This document shows positions 26,869 through 32,000 of a DNA stretch of 32,000 nucleotides, one piece after another. The notes below the pieces were generated by a model. That model saw only the letters and a list, made by a program, of their open reading frames with translations. It had not been told where the DNA came from and did not search any database. The translations under genes were made by a program, and so were the position numbers. Position 1 is the first letter of the stretch. Each line of letters opens with the position of its first letter. The stretch is from Tepidanaerobacter acetatoxydans Re1. GTDB lineage: Bacteria > Bacillota > Thermosediminibacteria > Thermosediminibacterales > Tepidanaerobacteraceae. Location of the stretch: positions 1,624,516 through 1,656,515 of the forward strand of contig NC_019954.2 in assembly GCF_000328765.2 (NCBI RefSeq). Reading direction: 5' to 3'.

Positions 26869-27438
26869 TCATTTGCTAAAAAAAAGTTCCGGATCTTTAA
26901 GGTTTTCTTTTAAAGCCCGGCGGCCCCTGAATAATCTTGATTTTACTGTACCGAGGGAGCATGATAGTATATCGCTGATTTCAGTATAGCTGAAGCCTTG
27001 GACATCCCTTAATATAATACATATTCGCTGTTCTTCCGGTAAGGTGCTTATTGCTTTCATAATGGCTTGCTTAGTCTCTTGCTTTTCCACAAATTCTTCC
27101 GGCAATTCAGTTTGAAATCCTAACTTTATTTTATCATCCATGGCTATTTCCTCTTTTATAGGAAAAACATCCTCTCTCTTTTTCCTTAAAAAATCTATGC
27201 ACGTATTTACCGCAATACGATACAGCCATGTTGAGAAACTTGAATCTTCCCTGAATCTACGAAGGGAGGTAAATATTTTTATGAAAATCTCCTGACTTAC
27301 ATCCATAGCATCTTCTGCGTTATTAAAAAATCGATAAGCAGTATTGTATACCTTCTTCTCATACCCGGAAATTAGGTCTTCAAAAGCTGAAATATCGCCT
27401 CTCTTAGCCCGGCGTACGAGGTCTTTTTCTGCACTCAA
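26869..27438 (-). CDS. ECF-type RNA polymerase sigma factor
   Basis: Region 2 YNTAYRFFNNAEDAMDVSQEIFIKIFTSLRRFREDSSFSTWLYRIAVNTCIDFLR and region 4 ISTLPEEQRICIILRDVQGFSYTEISDILSCSLGTVKSRLFRGRRAL. Confidence 0.95.
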   Translation of the reverse strand: MSAEKDLVRRAKRGDISAFEDLISGYEKKVYNTAYRFFNNAEDAMDVSQEIFIKIFTSLRRFREDSSFSTWLYRIAVNTCIDFLRKKREDVFPIKEEIAMDDKIKLGFQTELPEEFVEKQETKQAIMKAISTLPEEQRICIILRDVQGFSYTEISDILSCSLGTVKSRLFRGRRALKENLKDPELFFSK

Positions 27439-27593
27439 TTTGTAATATGCCCTCCCCTCACTTTATTCTTCTAGATATTCGACTCTAGTATTTAAAATTC
27501 CTTCAAAGAATTTATATTGTCACAGCTTACGAGAAAATTATTTAGAATTCTTCCTAATCTCTCGATTCAGGTAAATCTTGAATTTTTCGGTAA

Positions 27594-28298
27594 TTAAACC
27601 CCACCTAAATAAGCCTTCAATACCTTGTCATTTTGAAGAAGTTCTTCTCCGGTTCCGGTAAGTGTTATTGTTCCGGTTTCAAGGACATAAGCATAATCTG
27701 CTATTTTTAAAGCCATACGGGCATTTTGTTCGATTAAAAGAATGGTTACCCCATCATCATGAATCTTTTTTATTACTGAAAAAACATCCTTTACAAGTAT
27801 TGGTGCAAGCCCCAATGACGGTTCATCCAACATTAAAAGCTTTGGCCTTGACATTAAAGCCCTGCCCAAGGCCAGCATCTGCTGCTCACCACCTGAAAGT
27901 GTACCTGCCATCTGAGTTTCCCTTTCTTTGAGCCGCGGGAAAATTGAATAGACCCATTCCATGTCTTTTTTTACGTTTTCTTTATCTTTTCTTGTATAAG
28001 CACCCAAAATCAGATTTTCATATATTGTCAAATCACTAAATACCCTTCTGCCTTCGGGAACCATGGTTATTCCCATCTTTACAATATCTTTTGTAGGTAT
28101 TTTGGAAATGTCTTGACCCATAAATGCTACATTGCCGGTTTTCTTAACTAGATTGCATATTGCTCTAAGAGAGGAGCTCTTACCGGCACCATTTGCACCT
28201 ATAAGTGTTACGATACTTCCTTCAGGAACATTAAAATCGATGCCTCTTACCGCATGAATACCACCGTATCTTACATTCAGATTTTTTACTTCAAGCAT
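27594..28298 (-). CDS. livF: Branched-chain amino acid ABC transporter ATP-binding protein
   Basis: Walker A GANGAGKSS, signature LSGGEQQMLALGRAL, Walker B LLMLDEP. Confidence 0.96.
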   Translation of the reverse strand: MLEVKNLNVRYGGIHAVRGIDFNVPEGSIVTLIGANGAGKSSSLRAICNLVKKTGNVAFMGQDISKIPTKDIVKMGITMVPEGRRVFSDLTIYENLILGAYTRKDKENVKKDMEWVYSIFPRLKERETQMAGTLSGGEQQMLALGRALMSRPKLLMLDEPSLGLAPILVKDVFSVIKKIHDDGVTILLIEQNARMALKIADYAYVLETGTITLTGTGEELLQNDKVLKAYLGGV

Positions 28299-29061
28299 CC
28301 AACTCCACCCCCAGATATGCTTCTATAACCTTCTGATTGTTTTGAACTTCATCAGGCGTGCCTTCAGCTATGGTTATTCCATGATCAAGTACTAGAATTC
28401 TTTCACAAATCCCCATAACTACTTGCATATGATGTTCAATAAGCAAAATTGTCAAGTTAAATTTATCCCGGATTTGTTTCAAAAACTCCATTAACTCTTC
28501 CGATTCCTTGGGATTCATTCCGGCAGCCGGTTCATCCAGCAAAAGAAGTTTGGGGCGGGTTGCAAGAGCCCGTGCTATTTCCAAATGTCTTTGTTGACCA
28601 TATGGCAACGAACTTGCCTTTTCATTAAGGTATTCCGTGAGATTTACTTTTTCCAGCAGTTCAAGTGTCTGATCTCTCATCATTTTTTCTTCTCTATTAT
28701 ATTTAGGTGTTCGAAAGGTTGCATCAATAAAACTCGATTTTATTCTAAGATGATGGCCTACCAGAACATTTTCAAAAACAGACATGTTTTCAAAAAGTCG
28801 TATATTTTGAAACGTCCTTGCCACTCCGAGTTTTGTTATTTTATCCGGTAAAAGTCTAGTAATATCGTTTCCTTGAAACATTATACTTCCGGATGTAGGA
28901 ACATATATTCCGGTTATGGCGTTGAAGGCGGTAGTCTTGCCTGCACCGTTTGGACCAATTAAGCCTACTATTTCACCCTCTTTTAGATTTAATGAAAAAT
29001 TAGAAACTGCGGTTAAACCTCCGAATTTAATGGTTATTTTATTGACTTCCAAAATTGCCAC
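28291..29061 (-). CDS. livG: Branched-chain amino acid ABC transporter ATP-binding protein
   Basis: Walker A GPNGAGKTT, LPYGQQRHLEIARAL, LLLLDEPAAGMN; GTG 29061 after GGAAAGGAG is more likely than the track start 29124. Confidence 0.95.
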   Translation of the reverse strand: MAILEVNKITIKFGGLTAVSNFSLNLKEGEIVGLIGPNGAGKTTAFNAITGIYVPTSGSIMFQGNDITRLLPDKITKLGVARTFQNIRLFENMSVFENVLVGHHLRIKSSFIDATFRTPKYNREEKMMRDQTLELLEKVNLTEYLNEKASSLPYGQQRHLEIARALATRPKLLLLDEPAAGMNPKESEELMEFLKQIRDKFNLTILLIEHHMQVVMGICERILVLDHGITIAEGTPDEVQNNQKVIEAYLGVELDA

Positions 29062-30103
29062 GATGACCGCTCTCCTTTCCCAGCAGCATATCCCATGATA
29101 TTTCATTCTCACCCATGATCCCATGCCTCAGAAACAATACTACCAGAATCAAAAGAATAGCAAAAACCACCATCCTCATTCCGGAAATTCCGGGTAAGCT
29201 TATAAATCCTAAATCCATGGGTGATTCTACTACTCGAAGCAATTCCATCAGAACCGTTATTATGCATGCCGAAATAACTGATCCCGTAATACTCCCCATA
29301 CCGCCAAGAACAACCATCAATAAAATCTGATATGTGAAGAAAAATCTAAACATGGTAGGATCTATTGTGGAATTCAGATTTGCAAGGAGAGCGCCGCCAA
29401 TACCTGCTATAAATGCGCTTATAGTAAATGATAGTGTCTTATGATTAAAAAGATTAATACCCATAGCCTGTGCAGCTATTTCATCTTCACGTATGGCTTT
29501 AAAGGCTCTACCATAGCTGGAATTTACTAATGATTTTAATCCTAAAATAATTACAATAGCTACACCCCAACTCCAATATTGGTCGGTATATTGAGGTATT
29601 CCTTTTAAACCCAGGGCACCATTAGTAATCGTCTGGGTATTTGTAAATACAACTGAGATTATTTCTCCAAAACCCAATGTCGCAATAGCCAGATAATCAC
29701 CCTTCAGCTTTAATACCGGTGCACCAATCAGAAACCCAACTAAGGCCGACAAAATACCGGCTATGAGCAGCGCAAAGAAAAAGTGGACATTGATATTTAA
29801 CAGCATTGGGTTTATAGGCTGCATGAAAAAATTCATGGTTTTTATACCCGGAGGCATTGTCAAAAGAGCACTGGTATATGCCCCGATAGCCATAAATCCG
29901 GCTGTACCTAAAGAGAAAAGGCCTGTAAATCCATTAGTTAGATTTAAACTCAGTGCAAGAATGCTATTTATCGCACAAAGATTAAATATTCTCATCACAT
30001 AGGCATCCAAATGGGTTTTAGTCCAAGATAAAAAAATAAAAAAAGCTGCTATCAGAACAGTGGTTAAAATAGCATTTCGATATTTTTTAGCCATATTTTT
30101 CAC
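29039..30103 (-). CDS. livM: Branched-chain amino acid ABC transporter permease
   Basis: ALSLNLTNGFTGLFSLGTAGFMAIGAYTSAL and YGRAFKAIREDEIAAQAMGINLFNHKTLSFTISAFIAGIGGAL. Confidence 0.95.
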   Translation of the reverse strand: MKNMAKKYRNAILTTVLIAAFFIFLSWTKTHLDAYVMRIFNLCAINSILALSLNLTNGFTGLFSLGTAGFMAIGAYTSALLTMPPGIKTMNFFMQPINPMLLNINVHFFFALLIAGILSALVGFLIGAPVLKLKGDYLAIATLGFGEIISVVFTNTQTITNGALGLKGIPQYTDQYWSWGVAIVIILGLKSLVNSSYGRAFKAIREDEIAAQAMGINLFNHKTLSFTISAFIAGIGGALLANLNSTIDPTMFRFFFTYQILLMVVLGGMGSITGSVISACIITVLMELLRVVESPMDLGFISLPGISGMRMVVFAILLILVVLFLRHGIMGENEISWDMLLGKESGHRGNFGSQ

Positions 30104-30997
30104 CTACACCTTCTCTGCCACTTTCTCACCCAAGATACCGGTGGGCTTAAACAGCAGAATTACTATCAAAATAATGAATGCAAATGCATCCCTATATCCC
30201 GAAAGACCAGGCAAAAAAGCTACAAGCAAGATTTCTCCAAGACCCAAAAGGAATCCCCCAAGCATAGCTCCCGGAATATTTCCGATACCGCCTACAACTG
30301 CAGCAATGAAGCACTTGAGTCCGGGCATAATACCTATGAGCGGATGAATCTGAGGATATTTTAACGCCCACATGATGCCGCCTACCGCTGCCAAGGCAGA
30401 ACCGATTCCAAACGTGAATGATATTATTGCATCCACATCTATGCCCATGAGCTTGGCAGTATCCATGTCTTTGGAACATGCTCTCATTGCCATTCCGGTT
30501 ACGGTATGGTTGACAATATACACCATACCGAACAATAAGATTGCAGAAATTATAGGTATAATTATGCCAAGACTTGTGATTGAAACACCTGATATGTTGA
30601 TAACACCTTTAAAAATAGGTGGTACGTAAAATGCTTTTGCGCGGCCTCCAAACACTACCAAACCCATGTTTTCTAAAAAAAACGAAACCCCGATAGCTGA
30701 AATTAATACAGAAATTCTCGGTGCCTCTCTTAATGGCTTATACGCGGCCTTTTCTATGACTATGCCGACCAATACTGTAAGTGCAATAGAAACTATGACT
30801 GCAAGCCACCACGGAAGTGAAAACATCCCTACGCCAAAAAATACAAAATATGCCGCCAGCATGATTATATCACCATGAGCGAAGTTTATAAGTCTTACAA
30901 TTCCATATACCATAGTATATCCTATGGCGATAAGGGCGTAGAGGCTTCCAAGAGAAATACCATTGACAAGATGCTGGAAAAAAAGTCCCGCTGTCAT
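30104..30997 (-). CDS. livH: Branched-chain amino acid ABC transporter permease
   Basis: LVNGISLGSLYALIAIGYTMVYGIVRLINFAHGDIIMLAAY; ATG 30997 sits 8 nt after GGAGG, so this start is preferred over 31018. Confidence 0.95.
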   Translation of the reverse strand: MTAGLFFQHLVNGISLGSLYALIAIGYTMVYGIVRLINFAHGDIIMLAAYFVFFGVGMFSLPWWLAVIVSIALTVLVGIVIEKAAYKPLREAPRISVLISAIGVSFFLENMGLVVFGGRAKAFYVPPIFKGVINISGVSITSLGIIIPIISAILLFGMVYIVNHTVTGMAMRACSKDMDTAKLMGIDVDAIISFTFGIGSALAAVGGIMWALKYPQIHPLIGIMPGLKCFIAAVVGGIGNIPGAMLGGFLLGLGEILLVAFLPGLSGYRDAFAFIILIVILLFKPTGILGEKVAEKV

Positions 30998-31022
30998 ATG
31001 AAAAACCTCCAGTTTCATGAAT

Positions 31023-31044
31023 CTGCCCGGGATATCCCGGGCAG
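31023..31044 (-). promoter_or_regulatory. Perfect 22-nt palindrome / RNA hairpin between livK and livH
   Basis: CTGCCCGGGAT-ATCCCGGGCAG, self-complementary. Confidence 0.75.
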
Positions 31045-31102
31045 AGCTATTTTATTTTATTGTATAAAGGTTTGCCGAGTTTGATTTTAAAAAATCTTAC
31101 GT

Positions 31103-32000
31103 TTAATCGGGCTGAACTGTTTCAATGTAAACAAACTTACCATCTTTTACCTGTTTTATCACTGCGCTTTTATTGGCATCTCCATTTTCATCAAGGGAAA
31201 TTATACCGGTTGCACCTTCAAAGTTTTGAATTTTAGCAATTTCATCCCTTATAGCCTGCGGATCTGCAGAACCGGCCTTTTCAATTGCTTCTCTGGCTAC
31301 GAGATAGGCATCAAAACCTAAAGCTGCAAAAGCACTGGGAGGTTGACCATATTTTTTCTCAAAGGCATCTAAAAATTCTTTTGAAACCTCGGTAACTGGA
31401 GCTTCAGCTGTATAGTGGGTACTAAACGATACTCCCTCAACTTCTTTGCCGCCTATATCTATAAATTCCGGTGCTTCATAGGTATCTCCGCCAAGAAATG
31501 GTGCAGTAATTCCCAAGTCTCTTGCCTGTTTTATAAGCAAAGCGGATTCACCATAATTACCAGGAGCAAAAATTACATCAGGTTTTAAATCTTTTATTGC
31601 AGTCAGCTGTGCCGAGAAATCCTGGTCATTTGTCTTATATTTCGTTTCAGCAACAATGGCATCTTTATCTCCGGTTAGCTCTATAAAAGCCTCTCTGAAG
31701 AAATTAGAAAGACCTACCGAGTAATCATTTGCCATGTCCATTATTATGGCGGCCTTTTTGGCTTTTAGTGTATTGAATGCGTATTTTGCCATTACTTTAC
31801 CCTGAAATGGATCTATGAAACACACCCTAAAATAATAGTCATTGTCAAGGGTAACAAGAGGATTTGTTGGTGAACATCCAATTGCCGGGACTTTTTTCTC
31901 TTTAGCAACTTGTCCTCCAGCCATTGAATTTGAACTGCCGTAGGAACCGATTATTACACAGACTTTATCTTTTTCAATCAAGCGCGCAACGGCATTAGCA
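31103..32000 (-). CDS. livK: Branched-chain amino acid ABC transporter substrate-binding protein, N-terminus beyond window edge
   Basis: VCVIIGSYGSSNSMAGGQVAKEKKVPAIGCSPTNPLVTLDNDYYFRVCFIDPFQGKVMAKYAF; reading frame remains open to position 32000. Confidence 0.93.
   Translation of the reverse strand, partial: ANAVARLIEKDKVCVIIGSYGSSNSMAGGQVAKEKKVPAIGCSPTNPLVTLDNDYYFRVCFIDPFQGKVMAKYAFNTLKAKKAAIIMDMANDYSVGLSNFFREAFIELTGDKDAIVAETKYKTNDQDFSAQLTAIKDLKPDVIFAPGNYGESALLIKQARDLGITAPFLGGDTYEAPEFIDIGGKEVEGVSFSTHYTAEAPVTEVSKEFLDAFEKKYGQPPSAFAALGFDAYLVAREAIEKAGSADPQAIRDEIAKIQNFEGATGIISLDENGDANKSAVIKQVKDGKFVYIETVQPD

Noticed and set aside
30192-30479. Minus-strand 95-aa ORF (MFQRHGYCQAHGHRCGCNNIIHVW...)
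   Set aside because: Same-strand out-of-frame ORF wholly within livH; the Cys/His richness is a frame-shifted reading, not a metal protein.
1-32000. CRISPR arrays, retron or toxin-antitoxin modules, transposases and phage genes
   Set aside because: No regularly spaced direct repeats, reverse transcriptase, Cas, nuclease-helicase pairs or recombinase signatures were seen in either strand's translations.

Overview
This 32 kb window is from a low-GC Firmicutes chromosome, probably a Clostridia-type anaerobe (inference from codon usage, CotF-like proteins and gene content). It is densely coding and mostly on the minus strand. I see no CRISPR array, transposase, phage module or obvious defence island. 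From left to right: the 3'-truncated gene for an M24-fold protein; a DctPQM-type TRAP transporter with a ROK repressor and a Gfo/Idh/MocA oxidoreductase; a tightly packed six-gene operon for a multi-subunit FAD/Fe-S amino- or imino-acid dehydrogenase plus an Asp/Glu-type racemase; thiI and a cysteine desulfurase; two small CotF-like proteins; queG; a DUF896 protein with an unusual Cys/His-rich tail; a nicotinamidase; azlCD; tRNA-Leu(GAG); an orphan OppA-type lipoprotein coupled to a 48-aa membrane protein missing from the ORF track; nicotinate phosphoribosyltransferase; DUF441; lytic transglycosylase; coaE; polA; a zf-HC2/DUF4349 anti-sigma-like protein with an ECF sigma factor; and a Liv-type branched-chain amino acid ABC transporter. 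The items most worth a second look are: (1) the dehydrogenase/racemase operon with a free-standing BFD-like gene and a sigma-54-like promoter, (2) the M24 protein that lacks the canonical metal-binding aspartates, (3) the DUF896 Cys/His tail, (4) perfect 11-bp inverted repeats just after both transporter binding-protein genes (dctP and livK), and (5) the unlisted 48-aa membrane protein. I found no compelling evidence for a wholly new multi-gene system.
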